DNA of 64,000 bases. Origin: Tepidisphaeraceae bacterium. Lineage in GTDB: Bacteria > Planctomycetota > Phycisphaerae > Tepidisphaerales > Tepidisphaeraceae. The position numbers and the translations under genes are program-made. The first letter of the stretch is position 1, and the number at the start of each line of letters is the position of its first letter. Of this stretch, positions 18,821 to 30,911 are shown piece after piece. The stretch is from positions 89,058 through 153,057 of the forward strand of contig CBDFHW010000025.1 of NCBI GenBank assembly GCA_965247815.1, given 5' to 3'. Below the pieces are notes generated by a model. It was not told the DNA's origin and did not search any database. It saw only the letters and a program-made list of their open reading frames with translations.

Positions 18821-19411
18821 TCAGAGTCGGCAAGCCCAGACGAACAGGCCGACGATCGCGGCTTCGGCGCAGACGATGACGAGCAGGTTTCCGAGCCAGC
18901 CCGCCGGGTTGTCTTTGATCTGGCTCGGGGTGACGCGGGCCGGGTCGAGGCGGTGTTGCTCGAGCGCGAGAATGAGGTTGGCACGAAACCGCGGGATGCC
19001 GAGTTGCTGGGCCCGGGACAAAAGCCGGGCGCGATCGGAGAACGTGAATGCGGCGGACTGTAAGCTCGCGGCCGCGTGATCGGCGAACCCCCGTTCCACC
19101 GCCGAGGTTGCCGATCCCGGCTCGGCCGGGAGATATCTTGCTGATGTCGTCGCTGTCGTTGTTGCCAGTGGAGGGACACGCCGCGCGGAAGTTTTAATGG
19201 ATCTGGCGGAAAGAAGAGACGTGGCTCGACCTGTCGACACACCAGCGGAGGCGACGACCGAGCCCGCCGCTGCGTCGCGACGGTGAGCCAGACCGGTGAG
19301 CGCGTGGTGCCTGAGCAGCGGGTCGCGGGCGAAGCTCGCGCGAATTCTCCGTGCCTGCCGACGGTACTCGTCGCTCGACACGGGCCGGGATGAAACAAGA
19401 ATTGCGGACAC
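18821..19411 (-). CDS. Hypothetical tail-anchored membrane protein
   Basis: ORF downstream of egtD on the same strand. Single C-terminal TM (GWLGNLLVIVCAEAAIVGLFVWA). Low complexity, weakly supported. Confidence 0.3.
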   Translation of the reverse strand: MSAILVSSRPVSSDEYRRQARRIRASFARDPLLRHHALTGLAHRRDAAAGSVVASAGVSTGRATSLLSARSIKTSARRVPPLATTTATTSARYLPAEPGSATSAVERGFADHAAASLQSAAFTFSDRARLLSRAQQLGIPRFRANLILALEQHRLDPARVTPSQIKDNPAGWLGNLLVIVCAEAAIVGLFVWACRL

Positions 19412-19470
19412 CGCCGGTAATATACCACCCGGGCGGAAACGCCGGATTAGATTCGTTCACCCGCGCCAGG

Positions 19471-20481
19471 TCATTGACAAGTCTGTGCGGTAAGCAGTTG
19501 CAGCGAGAACAGCTTTTGTTCGTCGGTCCAGACGTTTCGGACGCGGTACCCCGCCGATGCCGCGAGCGTTTCGAACTGCGGGAGCGTGTATTTGCAGCAG
19601 CTTTCGGAGTGGATGCTTTCCCCGACTTCGAAGCTGAAACTGCGGCCCGCAATGCTTACCGACTGCTCGGCGAGGCTGACCAGGTGCATTTCCATTCGGC
19701 CGGTCGACGGAAAGAACGGGGCGTAGTGCGCGAAAGCGTCTGTCTGAAAGTTTCCACCGAGTTCGCGATTGATTCGATGCAGCAGGTTTAAGTTGAACTC
19801 GGCCGTGACTCCTTTCGAATCGTTGTAAGCAGTGTGCAGTCGGACGGGGTCTTTTTTCAGATCCACGCCGATGAGCAGGCCGCTCCCCGCCCCGCACGAT
19901 TCTCGAATGCTCCGTAGGAAGTTGGCGGCATCCGCCGGTTCAAAATTCCCGATCGTCGATCCGGGAAAGTAAGCGACGACATTGGACCGGTTGGTCTTGG
20001 AAACCGGCAGCTCGAACGCGGTGGTGTAATCAGCACAGACCGGCGAGATCTGAATCTGCGGGTATCGGACCGCGAGCGAACGGGCGGACGTCATCAGGTG
20101 TTCACGCGAAATGTCGATCGGCACGTAGCCGGCCATCGTTTGCAAATGGTCCAGCAACACGCGGGTCTTCAGACTGCTTCCGCTGCCGTACTCGACCAGC
20201 AGACAATCAGGCCCGATCCGCCTGGCGATCGATTTTGCGTTCACCGACGTGATGCGGAGTTCGGTCCGTGTCGGGTAGTACTCGTCAAGCTCACAGATGC
20301 GGTCGAACAGCTGCGAACCCCGTTGGTCGTAAAAAAATTTACACGGCAAACGCTTGCGCGGCTGTGAAAGTCCTTGAAGCACTTCAGCGCGGAAGTCAGA
20401 CACCGCGGGCTCGTAATCGGTCAGCAACGGTTCCGGGTAGACGGCGCGGCTGTCGGCGATGGCGGGTGAAGAAAAGATCAT
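19471..20481 (-). CDS. egtD: L-histidine N-alpha-methyltransferase (ergothioneine biosynthesis)
   Basis: Methyltransf_33 / EgtD-like (FYDQRGSQLFDRICELDEYYPTRTE ... LVEYGSGSS). ATG at 20481 (MIFSSPAI) with GGAG upstream. Adjacent to egtB. Confidence 0.85.
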   Translation of the reverse strand: MIFSSPAIADSRAVYPEPLLTDYEPAVSDFRAEVLQGLSQPRKRLPCKFFYDQRGSQLFDRICELDEYYPTRTELRITSVNAKSIARRIGPDCLLVEYGSGSSLKTRVLLDHLQTMAGYVPIDISREHLMTSARSLAVRYPQIQISPVCADYTTAFELPVSKTNRSNVVAYFPGSTIGNFEPADAANFLRSIRESCGAGSGLLIGVDLKKDPVRLHTAYNDSKGVTAEFNLNLLHRINRELGGNFQTDAFAHYAPFFPSTGRMEMHLVSLAEQSVSIAGRSFSFEVGESIHSESCCKYTLPQFETLAASAGYRVRNVWTDEQKLFSLQLLTAQTCQ

Positions 20482-20589
20482 GAAACTGACTCCAAAAGAA
20501 TCCGCCTGACACGCTCCGCGCGTCTGGACGCAAAAACAAATGACCGGCCGCTTCATGCTCCTGGACGTGTTACCGCAGCGACTCGAGTG

Positions 20590-21900
<1,311 letters not shown>

Positions 21901-22105
21901 CGGATCTCCTTGTCTGCGGGCCCATTCTTCTGCAGGATCGGACCGGCGCTAACCCTTGAAACATTGATTGTCGGCTCTGCCATAGGACGGTCGCATTTTG
22001 TCAAAATTCGGTTCGAGATTTGGCGCTCCCTCGGCCGTAATGTCGTGCGATAGTATGCACGGTCCGGTTGAGACGTCGGACAGAACATAATTTTATGAGG
22101 TAGAC

Positions 22106-22705
22106 ATGTCGGCAGTAGAACAATTCAATCGGATCGAGACCCGGATCGAAGAAACATGGGACACGATCGCCAAGACTTCGGTCCGAACGCTTCGGGGAAC
22201 CGTAGCCGGGTTTATCGGCGGCGCGATCGCGTCCTGGGTGATGAACCAGTATTCAGAAATCGAGAGCAAGCCGGCGAAGGTCCGGCGTGAAGAGCGGAGC
22301 AAGCCGGTAGCTCAGCAGGCGCAGGGTGATCAGAAGTCGGGTCCTGATCAGGACGATGCGACGGTCAAAACCGCTCAGGCGATTTCGACCCGGGTTCTGG
22401 ACCACGATCTGTCGGACGGCGAGAAGAAGGTTGCCGGTCCCGCGGTTCACTATGGCTATGGTGCAATGGTCGGGGCGTTATATGGCGGCTTGTCGGAACT
22501 GGTACCGACCGTCGGCATTGGTCTGGGTATCCCGTACGCCACCATTTTGTTCCTTGCCGGGGACGAAATTGCAGTGCCCGCACTGGGTCTGTCGAAACCG
22601 CCGAGTAAAACTCCTGCAGAAGATCATGCGTCCGCTCTGGCTACTCATTTCGTTTACGGCGTCACGTTGGACATCTCACGCAGAATCCTCCGACGGCTGA
22701 TCTAA
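22106..22705 (+). CDS. Membrane protein, DUF1440-like
   Basis: 199 aa with two hydrophobic segments and a charged linker. ATG at 22106 with upstream GAGGTAG. Confidence 0.45.
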   Translation: MSAVEQFNRIETRIEETWDTIAKTSVRTLRGTVAGFIGGAIASWVMNQYSEIESKPAKVRREERSKPVAQQAQGDQKSGPDQDDATVKTAQAISTRVLDHDLSDGEKKVAGPAVHYGYGAMVGALYGGLSELVPTVGIGLGIPYATILFLAGDEIAVPALGLSKPPSKTPAEDHASALATHFVYGVTLDISRRILRRLI

Positions 22706-22912
22706 TTTTTGCTCGGGGAATTACCCGGCTTCTTTCCAATGAAAGCCAGCGGCTCGACGAAATTCGTCGAGCCGCTGGCTTTTTATTGGACGCTATTCGA
22801 CTCCAACGTCTGCCAATAGCCCTCGTCTTGGTTCTGTTAACTATTTCTTGACGCAGGCTCCGATAAGCAAATTCGGAGAAACGAAGTGTTAAAGTCAAAC
22901 GGAGCATGGTCC

Positions 22913-23929
22913 ATGAAGAAAATGATTCGAATCGTCGCAGCGGCCGCTTTAGCTGTCGGGGCGGTCTCCACCGCACGGGCCGACGAAGTATTTACCAACG
23001 TGGGTGACCAGCTGAGCGGAACGATAAAGAGCGTCGACGGCGGTAAAATGACGTTCCATTCCGACACGGTCGGCGACGTCGAAATCCCGATGGCAAAAGT
23101 CCGGACGTTTTCGACCTCGGGTCCGATCGAGATCCATCTTGCGGACGGGACCGTCATTCAACGGCAGGTAAAGTCGGCCGGGCCGGGTGAAGTCGCACTC
23201 GCCGCCGGCGGCATCGTGCCGGCCCAGACCGTCCCGCTGACGGCGGTCGACCAGATCAACCCGGCAGTTTTCTTCGGGACGCTTCGGCTGGGGGGCACAC
23301 TGACGCGGGGCAATACCAACACCGAGACGCTCGCCGCCGGTTTTAACCTCGGGGTCAACGTCAACCGCCATGATCGCATCGACTTCGCAGGCGAATACGA
23401 CTACGGCCGGCAGAAGACCAAAGGGGTCGCCACCACGACCGTGGACCATTGGACGCTGGACGCCAAATACGACCACTTTTTCTCACAGAAATTTTACGGT
23501 TACATCGAAGCCGAAGTCGCCAAGGACCGAATCGCGTCTCTCGATCTCAGGTTTACGCCGTCGGCCGGCGTCGGATATCAGTGGTACGACACCTCGCCGT
23601 TTAAATTCGCGACCGAGGGAGGCATCGCGTGGCTGTACGAAAGGTACACCAATGGCACTCCGACCGTCGAGGACGTGGCCTTGAAGCTGTCCTACCACTT
23701 GACGTACGACTTCAACGAGAAAGTCAGTCTGTTCAACAACGTGACCTATATTCCGAGCTTGCAGAATGGGAACCGGTTCCTCCTGCTCACCGACCTGGGT
23801 CTGCATGCCAAGCTGAACGACAAGCTGTTTATGGAATTGAAGGCCGAGTGGGATCACAACAACGCACCTGCGAATGGGGCGCAGCAGAATGACACTCGGT
23901 TGATCGCCAGTGTCGGTTACACGTTGTAG
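22913..23929 (+). CDS. Outer-membrane beta-barrel protein, DUF481 (YdiY-like)
   Basis: Signal peptide MKKMIRIVAAAALAVGAVSTARA. Repeated GNTNT-type motifs and alternating beta-strands. Ends in an aromatic residue. Confidence 0.65.
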   Translation: MKKMIRIVAAAALAVGAVSTARADEVFTNVGDQLSGTIKSVDGGKMTFHSDTVGDVEIPMAKVRTFSTSGPIEIHLADGTVIQRQVKSAGPGEVALAAGGIVPAQTVPLTAVDQINPAVFFGTLRLGGTLTRGNTNTETLAAGFNLGVNVNRHDRIDFAGEYDYGRQKTKGVATTTVDHWTLDAKYDHFFSQKFYGYIEAEVAKDRIASLDLRFTPSAGVGYQWYDTSPFKFATEGGIAWLYERYTNGTPTVEDVALKLSYHLTYDFNEKVSLFNNVTYIPSLQNGNRFLLLTDLGLHAKLNDKLFMELKAEWDHNNAPANGAQQNDTRLIASVGYTL

Positions 23930-24010
23930 TAAGTTAAGCCGAGTCGAACGCGGCTTCGTGAGTGCCACAACCCATTTACGAAGCCGCGCTATTCGGCCGG
24001 CCCCCGCATA

Positions 24011-24811
24011 TCAGCCTGCCGCGACCCGCTTGCCCGGCGGGAGAAACCCGACCCCGAGACAGACTGCCATCAGCCCCCAGAACGCCCAGAAAGCCGCGGC
24101 GGACGGGCTTTCGAAATCGAGTCGGTCGTGATTCGGCGGCGCGTTAAAGATCCAGTCGAGGCAAAGCTTCAACCCGACGACGCAGACCATCAGGTAACCG
24201 GACAGTTCGAACCGGGGAAACTTTTCGATCAGCTTGATCACACCGATCGCGGCGAAACGCATCATCATCACCCCGATGATGCCGCCGACGAAAATCACCC
24301 ATAGCTTGGGGTGCCAGCGCAGCTTCGGGTCGCCCGGGCCAACCAATGCGATTCCCGCCAGGATGCTGTCGATTGCGAAAGCAACATCGGTCAACTCGAT
24401 CGAGCCGACGACCATCCAGAATGCGAGCGTGCCGGGCGACTCGGCCGCGACTTCGACGCCGGTGCCGGCGGTGTTCTCGTTCGCATCCGACCCGTGCGGG
24501 TCGAGATGTTTCTTGCCTTTCGTGTGCTTCTCGAAGAACAGATGCTTGATGGCAATGTACACCAGGTAAAGCCCGCCGAGCAGCTTGACGATCCGCCATT
24601 CCAACAGCCACGCCGCCGCTACGACCGCGCCCAGCCGGAAAACGAAAGCCCCGATCAATCCGTAGCTGAGCGCCCGTGATCGCAGTTTAGGCGGCAACTT
24701 GCGGGCGAGCAGTCCGAGCACCAGCGCGTTGTCCAGCGAAAGCAGCGCTTCGAGGACAACCAGTATCAGAACCACGACGAGGTCGCGGGATTGAAAAGTT
24801 TGATTGAGCAT
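24011..24811 (-). CDS. TerC-family integral membrane protein
   Basis: TerC signature LSLDNALVLGL. Multiple TM helices. ATG at 24811, 19 nt downstream of the upp stop, with a GGGAG RBS. Confidence 0.8.
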   Translation of the reverse strand: MLNQTFQSRDLVVVLILVVLEALLSLDNALVLGLLARKLPPKLRSRALSYGLIGAFVFRLGAVVAAAWLLEWRIVKLLGGLYLVYIAIKHLFFEKHTKGKKHLDPHGSDANENTAGTGVEVAAESPGTLAFWMVVGSIELTDVAFAIDSILAGIALVGPGDPKLRWHPKLWVIFVGGIIGVMMMRFAAIGVIKLIEKFPRFELSGYLMVCVVGLKLCLDWIFNAPPNHDRLDFESPSAAAFWAFWGLMAVCLGVGFLPPGKRVAAG

Positions 24812-24830
24812 GAACTCCCGGGTGGTCGAT

Positions 24831-25454
24831 TCAGGTTCCAAAGATACGGTCACCCGCGTCGCCGAGGCCGGGTAGGATGTAGCCTTTTTCGTTTAATTGT
24901 CTGTCGATGGCAGCGCAGTAAATCTGCACCTCGGGGTGTGCCTGATGAAACGTCTGGAGCCCTTCCGGGGCGGCGACCAGGCAGACGAATTTCATATTTT
25001 CGACGCCGGCTTTTTTCAGGAACGACACCGCTGCCGCTCCGCTCCCGCCGGTTGCCAGCATCGGGTCGATCAGCAGCACTTCGGTGTCGGCAATGTCCGG
25101 TGGGAGCTTCTGGTAGTAGCTGACTGGCTCGAGTGTTTTCTCGTCGCGATAGACGCCGAGGTGCCCCATGCGGGCATCGGGCAGAAGGCGAAGAACGCCC
25201 TCTGCCATGCCGAGTCCCGCGCGAAGAATTGGCACCAACGTCACCCGCCGGGCGAGGACACGACCGGTCATTCGTTCGAGTGGGGTCTGGATCGGCCGCG
25301 CCGTCGTCGGCCAGTCGCGGGTCACTTCGTAGACCATCAACGACGCGATTTCTGTCAGCAGGCTGCGGAACTTCCAATGCTCGGTCGCGTAGTCCCGGAG
25401 CTCGGTGAGCTTGGTCTGAATCACCGGATGATCGATAACAATTAGATTGCTCAT
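24831..25454 (-). CDS. upp: Uracil phosphoribosyltransferase
   Basis: Start MSNLIVIDHPVIQTKLTELRD. PRPP-binding motif VLLIDPMLATGGS. 208 aa. Confidence 0.9.
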   Translation of the reverse strand: MSNLIVIDHPVIQTKLTELRDYATEHWKFRSLLTEIASLMVYEVTRDWPTTARPIQTPLERMTGRVLARRVTLVPILRAGLGMAEGVLRLLPDARMGHLGVYRDEKTLEPVSYYQKLPPDIADTEVLLIDPMLATGGSGAAAVSFLKKAGVENMKFVCLVAAPEGLQTFHQAHPEVQIYCAAIDRQLNEKGYILPGLGDAGDRIFGT

Positions 25455-25730
25455 AAGCAGGGGCGGAGCGTAAGCGCAAAACTGCGGCGCGTAAATCCCG
25501 GAGGCCTTGCCGTTCAGGATTCTTTCCGCGGGGTCGTTGCGTTGCGGTCCGACCGGGCGCGTGCTGCGGGACGTGCATTCGCACGGACTTTTCCCCCACC
25601 GAGACCGGGTATTTGCGATGCGCGAACCCTGCCTGTACATTTCCGCCTCACTATGGACGGCCGGTTTACGGCTGGAAACAGACGCCACGCCAACCTTTAA
25701 CATCCATCCCTACCGGGAGGAGCGCTCTTC

Positions 25731-26954
25731 ATGTCACCAGAATTTCGCCGCAGCACGCATCTTTTCACCAGTGAGTCCGTCACGATGGGTCACCCCGATA
25801 AGGTCGCCGACCAGATCAGCGACGCCATTCTCGACGCCATTCTGACTCAGGACCCCAAGGCCCGCGTCGCCTGCGAAACACTGGTCACGACGGGTCAGGT
25901 CATTCTCGCCGGTGAAGTGACCACCACCGCCTGGGTCGACCACGCCCAGATCGCCCGCGACACTATCAAAGAGATCGGTTACGTCCATGCCGACATCGGT
26001 TTCGACTACGACAGCTGCGGCGTGCTTTCCGCGATTCACAGCCAGTCGCCGGACATCGCCCGCGGCGTCGACAAAGCAGACGACGACGACAAGGAACAAG
26101 GTGCCGGCGACCAGGGCCTGATGTTCGGTTATGCAAGCAACGAAACCGACGTGCTGATGCCGCTGCCGATTTATCTCGCGCACCGCATCGTCGAGAAGCT
26201 CGCCGAGGTTCGCCAGAAGGGCAAACTGAAATGGCTCCGTCCCGACGGCAAAAGCCAGGTGACGATCGCTTACGAAGACGAACGCCCGGTCGGCGTTCAC
26301 ACCATCGTCGTCTCAACCCAGCACGATGAATCGGTCCTGGACCGCAAGCGCGACGTCATCACCGAACGGGCCAAGCAGGAGATCATCGACCTGGTGATCA
26401 AGCCGGTCATCCCCCGCAAGCTGTGGAACAACGAGATCATTTTCCACATCAACCCGACCGGCAAATTCGTCGTCGGCGGTCCGCACGGTGACACCGGCCT
26501 GACCGGTCGCAAGATCATCGTCGACAGCTACGGCGGTCGCGGCGCCCACGGCGGTGGCGCGTTCAGCGGCAAGGACCCGAGCAAGGTCGATCGCAGTGCC
26601 TGCTACATGGGTCGGTATATTGCCAAGAACATCGTCGCCGCGGGTCTGGCGACCAGCGCCGAGGTGCAGCTGGCGTACGCGATAGGCGTCGCCCAGCCGG
26701 TGTCGGTCACCGTGTCGACCGAGAATACCGCCGTCCTCCCCGAAGATCAGATCGCCGAACTGGTGAAAGCCACCTTCCCGCTGACCCCGCGCGGGATCAT
26801 CAAGCACCTGAATCTGCTCCGCCCGATCTACAAGACCACCGCCCGGCACGGGCATTTCGGCCGCATCCCCGGCGCCGACGGCAGCTTCAGCTGGGAAAAA
26901 ACCGACAAGGCCGCCGCCCTCGCCAAGGCCGCTGGGATTCCGATTAAGAAATAG
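25731..26954 (+). CDS. metK: S-adenosylmethionine synthetase
   Basis: Full-length MetK ([16 protein letters not shown] ... [16 protein letters not shown]). GGGAGGAG RBS upstream. Confidence 0.95.
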   Translation: MSPEFRRSTHLFTSESVTMGHPDKVADQISDAILDAILTQDPKARVACETLVTTGQVILAGEVTTTAWVDHAQIARDTIKEIGYVHADIGFDYDSCGVLSAIHSQSPDIARGVDKADDDDKEQGAGDQGLMFGYASNETDVLMPLPIYLAHRIVEKLAEVRQKGKLKWLRPDGKSQVTIAYEDERPVGVHTIVVSTQHDESVLDRKRDVITERAKQEIIDLVIKPVIPRKLWNNEIIFHINPTGKFVVGGPHGDTGLTGRKIIVDSYGGRGAHGGGAFSGKDPSKVDRSACYMGRYIAKNIVAAGLATSAEVQLAYAIGVAQPVSVTVSTENTAVLPEDQIAELVKATFPLTPRGIIKHLNLLRPIYKTTARHGHFGRIPGADGSFSWEKTDKAAALAKAAGIPIKK

Positions 26955-26983
26955 GAATCGGGCACCACTGTCGATAATATAAC

Positions 26984-27016
26984 GCGCCCGGGACGAAAAC
27001 GTCCCGGGCGTTCTTA
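26984..27016 (+). terminator. Rho-independent terminator after metK
   Basis: gcgcccgggacg-aaaa-cgtcccgggcg stem-loop (12-bp GC stem) followed by a ttctt run. Confidence 0.7.
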
Positions 27017-27126
27017 TGTCGGTATATAGCCGTCGGCTCTACGCGATTCAGTCACACAAACCGGTCGACGGATAATATAGTCCGGCGGTCTTGCCGGATC
27101 TGACGCTTAACGGAAATGAGTCCAGC

Positions 27127-28182
27127 GTGTTAGTCATTCGCCCGATCGCGATGGAAGATTTGACCGCGCTGGAAGCGTTGAGTCATTCGACCGGGTTCGG
27201 GCTTACGTCGCTGCCACGAGATTCAACGCTGTTGAAGCGGCGGATCCGGGCCAGCGTCCGCGGGTTCAAAAATCTCAGCGACGAAGACCCGCCGCGGGGC
27301 GAAACGTACCTGTTCGTTCTCGAGGACACCGCCACTGGGAAGATTGCCGGCACGAGCGCGATTGTTTCCAAGGTCGGCGGGTTCGACCCGTTCTATGGAT
27401 ACCGGCTCGAAACATCGGTTCATGCCTCGGCGCAGCTGAACGTCCGCAAGGAGATTCGCGTTCTTCATTTGGTCGAGGAACACGACGGGCCGTGCGAAAT
27501 CGGCAGCCTGTTTCTGTCCCCGGAATATCGTGGCGGGGGCAACGGCCGGCTGCTGTCGCTGTGCCGATTTTCATTCATGGCCGACCACCTCGATTACTTC
27601 GACCCGGTGGTGATCTCCGAGCTCCGCGGTGTGGTTGATGCGACGGGCGGGTCGCCGTTCTGGGACGCCGTCGGACACCATTTCTTCGACATCGATTTCC
27701 CGAGCGCTGATTACCTCAGCATGGTGGATAAGAAGTTCATCGCGGACTTAATGCCCGAGCACCCGATTTACATCCCTCTGCTGCCGTACAGCGCCCAGGC
27801 TGTGATCGGGAAGGTTCAACCCGATACCGAACCGGCGCTTGCGATGTTGACCGGGGAGGGATTCGAATCGAATCAGATGGTTGATATTTTCGACGCCGGC
27901 CCGGTGGTGCGGTGCCCCCTTCGGCGGATCCGCGCGATTCGCGAATCGTCGACGGCCGTCGTGCGCGAGATTGGTGAATGCTCCGGTGCGGACATGATTC
28001 TGACTAATACCCGCCACGAGTTTCGCGCCTGCCTGGGGGCCGTGGAACTCATTACCGACGGCGTCAGACTAAACGCAGAAACCGTCACGGCGTTAAAAAT
28101 AAAAGTCGGCGACTCGGTCCGTTTCGTCGCCCCGAAGCCACCCTTGTCGAAAGCGGGACACGATGCCCCCGATTCAATCTGA
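27127..28182 (+). CDS. astA: Arginine N-succinyltransferase
   Basis: GTG start giving VLVIRPIAMEDL... (compare E. coli MMVIRPVERSD...). Conserved LTSLP, HAS, EIGSLFL and IFDAGP blocks. Overlaps astD by 20 nt. Confidence 0.8.
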   Translation: MLVIRPIAMEDLTALEALSHSTGFGLTSLPRDSTLLKRRIRASVRGFKNLSDEDPPRGETYLFVLEDTATGKIAGTSAIVSKVGGFDPFYGYRLETSVHASAQLNVRKEIRVLHLVEEHDGPCEIGSLFLSPEYRGGGNGRLLSLCRFSFMADHLDYFDPVVISELRGVVDATGGSPFWDAVGHHFFDIDFPSADYLSMVDKKFIADLMPEHPIYIPLLPYSAQAVIGKVQPDTEPALAMLTGEGFESNQMVDIFDAGPVVRCPLRRIRAIRESSTAVVREIGECSGADMILTNTRHEFRACLGAVELITDGVRLNAETVTALKIKVGDSVRFVAPKPPLSKAGHDAPDSI

Positions 28183-29614
28183 TCGAGTGTTTCAATCGAT
28201 CAATCCCGCCACGGGTGAGATGCTCTGGCGGGGGGCCGAGGCGTCACCGGCCCTCATCGAGACAGCAGTCGCAACGGCGCGAAACGCGGCCGGGGACTGG
28301 GCCGCTCTGCCGGTCGAACAGCGCATTGAAGTGTTCAATCAGTTTGCCGCCCGCCTGAAAGGCAATCGAGCCGGCCTTGCGGAAATGATTTCAAAGGAAG
28401 TCGGCAAGCCGAGATGGGAAGCGCTGACCGAAGTCGACGCGATGATCAACAAAATTCCGCTGTCGATCCAGGCGTTCGGTGAACGCCGAAGGCCGACCGT
28501 GACCGAGTCGGCCGGGGTGCGGGCGGCGACGCGGTTCAAGCCCCACGGGGTTGTGGCCGTGCTCGGTCCGTTCAACTTCCCGGGGCACCTTCCGAACGGT
28601 CATATCGTGCCGGCGTTGCTGGCCGGGAACGCGGTCATCTTCAAGCCCAGCGAGCTCGCGCCGGGCGTGGCCGAAGCCACGATCACCTGCTGGCGCGAAA
28701 CCTCGATCCCGGACGGCGTCATCCAATGTCTGCAGGGTGGCCGCACGGTAGGAGAAGCGCTGGTTACCCACCGTGAGATCAACGGGATCTTCTTCACCGG
28801 CAGCTCCCACGTCGGGAAAGCGATGCGGCAGACGCTGGCGGATCGTCCGGAAAAGATCCTCGCGATCGAGATGGGCGGTAATAACCCGCTCATTGTTCAC
28901 GAAGCGTCGAACGTATCGGCGGCCGTTTACCATACGATCCAGTCTGCATTCATCACGGCAGGACAACGTTGCACCTGTGCACGGCGGTTGATCGTGCCTG
29001 CCGGTTCCGCGGGCGACACGTTTATCGCCGCGCTCACCGTCGCAGCGCGCGCCATTCGAGTCGGACCGCCGTCGCTCGATCCCGAGCCGTTCATGGGACC
29101 GGTGATCAACGACGGTGCCGCGTACAAACTTTTGGCTTCGCAAGCTGAACTTCAACGCGTCGGCGGGCTTAGTTTGTTGGAAATGAAAACCGTCGGAGAT
29201 CGCCCGGCGTTGTTATCGCCCGGGTTGATTGACGTGACGGCAATCGCTGATCGAAGCGATTGCGAGATTTTCGGACCGCTTCTGCAGGTCATCCGAGTCG
29301 CCGACTTTGATGCCGCGATGATCGAGGCGAATCGCACGGCGTACGGACTGGCCGCCGGATTACTCAGCGATAAACAGGAACTGTTCGACCTGTTTTTTCA
29401 GAAGATTAGAGCCGGGGTCGTCAGCTGGAACCGGCCAACTACCGGCGCGAGCGGGAGCCTGCCGTTCGGCGGTATCGGCGCAAGCGGGAACCACCGGCCC
29501 AGCGGATATTACGCCGCGGACCATTGTTCTTATGCCGTCGGCAGTCTCGAGTCGGAGAGACTTGAACTGCCCGCAACCCTCACGCCCGGCTTGGCGCTCA
29601 CCGCCCCGTCTTGA
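28163..29614 (+). CDS. astD: Aldehyde dehydrogenase, succinylglutamate-semialdehyde dehydrogenase-like
   Basis: ALDH family (catalytic Cys in ITAGQRCTCARR, Glu in EMGGNNP). The AstD assignment comes from coupling to astA. Confidence 0.7.
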   Translation: MPPIQSDRVFQSINPATGEMLWRGAEASPALIETAVATARNAAGDWAALPVEQRIEVFNQFAARLKGNRAGLAEMISKEVGKPRWEALTEVDAMINKIPLSIQAFGERRRPTVTESAGVRAATRFKPHGVVAVLGPFNFPGHLPNGHIVPALLAGNAVIFKPSELAPGVAEATITCWRETSIPDGVIQCLQGGRTVGEALVTHREINGIFFTGSSHVGKAMRQTLADRPEKILAIEMGGNNPLIVHEASNVSAAVYHTIQSAFITAGQRCTCARRLIVPAGSAGDTFIAALTVAARAIRVGPPSLDPEPFMGPVINDGAAYKLLASQAELQRVGGLSLLEMKTVGDRPALLSPGLIDVTAIADRSDCEIFGPLLQVIRVADFDAAMIEANRTAYGLAAGLLSDKQELFDLFFQKIRAGVVSWNRPTTGASGSLPFGGIGASGNHRPSGYYAADHCSYAVGSLESERLELPATLTPGLALTAPS

Positions 29615-30692
29615 GTGCCGCCGCTGCGGCGGCAACGGCAGGGTCCTTGTCCAACTGTGTTTCGATCTGGTGCAGCTTCGACGAAGCGGCCAACTCTTTC
29701 GTGTGTGAGTCGATTAGTTCCTGGCTGGACGGGCTGAAGTCGATCTTCGCCTTTTCATAGTCGGCCATCGCGGCGGTCTCGGCTAACTTTGCAGCGAAGT
29801 AATCAACGCCCAATCGCGTTGCCGCCGCAGAACGCGCCGCTTCGAGATTGGCGATCGCCGTTGCCCGGTCGATCGATGGAACCTGCGGCGTGACCACCGG
29901 TGAAGGCGATGGTGCGACGGACTTCTCGGGCGATTTGATATCGTCGGGCTTCTGCCAACCGCCCGAGCCGTCCCCGAAAATGCTGTGGTCGGCCGAACGG
30001 TGCGGAGCCGGCGTGGGGGTTGGGCCGACACCGACCGGGTTCGCGACCGACGGGACGGCCGGTGACGCCGAACGATTCAGGGTCCCGGGCGTCTGCGGGG
30101 TGGTCTTCGAAAGGTCGACCGCCGGCAACCGGTCGCCCGACTGTTTGCGAATCTGATCGTACTGCGACTGCAACTGCCCGGTGCGGCTGAGCCAGATTGG
30201 AAACGCAATCAGCGACGCCATGATGCCCAAAGCCGGCATTCCGCGCCCGACCCGGTGAAAAAGAGTCGCGAGCAGGAAGCCGAACGCGCCCAGCCCCAGC
30301 CCGGTCAACGCCGTCGGTTTCACGTAATCGACAAACTGCTGGACGTACGCCATCCCGCAGGCGATCAGACCGACGACGACCGCCAGCGATCCAAAGAAGC
30401 TGGTTCCTTTCTCGGACCGTCTGCGTTTAAGCGGCTCGTAATTGTTGGTCGTATGATAATGTACTTCCTGCGGCGGGGTCGTCGGCGGTGTCGCGGCCGG
30501 CTGGCCCTGCGGCGCGACGACGTAAACGATATTTTGCGTCGTGCCCGGTTGCGCCTGCGGCACCACCGGAACGGCCTGGCCCCCGGGAACCTGAATGACA
30601 ATCTGATCCGGCGGGTTCGTCGCGCTCAGATCTTGCGCTGCGCGGCGCGCCTGCACTGGTATGTTTTGGTTCCGCCGAGAGAGATCGCCCAT
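29598..30692 (-). CDS. Pro/Thr-rich membrane protein, hypothetical
   Basis: ATG at 30692 (MGDLSRRN). Pro-rich N-region, two TM helices, and Pro/Thr/Ser-rich low-complexity segments. Confidence 0.45.
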   Translation of the reverse strand: MGDLSRRNQNIPVQARRAAQDLSATNPPDQIVIQVPGGQAVPVVPQAQPGTTQNIVYVVAPQGQPAATPPTTPPQEVHYHTTNNYEPLKRRRSEKGTSFFGSLAVVVGLIACGMAYVQQFVDYVKPTALTGLGLGAFGFLLATLFHRVGRGMPALGIMASLIAFPIWLSRTGQLQSQYDQIRKQSGDRLPAVDLSKTTPQTPGTLNRSASPAVPSVANPVGVGPTPTPAPHRSADHSIFGDGSGGWQKPDDIKSPEKSVAPSPSPVVTPQVPSIDRATAIANLEAARSAAATRLGVDYFAAKLAETAAMADYEKAKIDFSPSSQELIDSHTKELAASSKLHQIETQLDKDPAVAAAAAALKTGR

Positions 30693-30911
30693 CGTGACCG
30701 CCTTTCGTGTGACAACTGCTCCGACGATTCTATCACGGCTGAGTGATCCTCTCGCGGATTGCCGCATTTCGACACTGGCAATCGATTATTTGGCCGCTTT
30801 TTCGCCCGTTTCGCAATCGCTCATCGGCTATACGTTTTGACGTATTTATAATCGCGAGCCGTCGACTCAGTGATACGCTGATTCTTTCAGACCCATAGAA
30901 GGAGTCACGTC

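Noticed and set aside
18786-19428. Alternative ORFs (18793..19428 - and 18786..19079 +) in the region downstream of egtD
   Set aside because: Their composition is junk-like (Arg/Ser/Pro-rich). Only the 18821..19411 frame has a protein-like TM tail, and even that call is weak.
25455-25730. 276-nt leader between divergent upp and metK examined for a SAM riboswitch
   Set aside because: I could not recognise SAM-I, SAM-II or SAM-IV conserved cores or a convincing terminator. It may simply hold divergent promoters.
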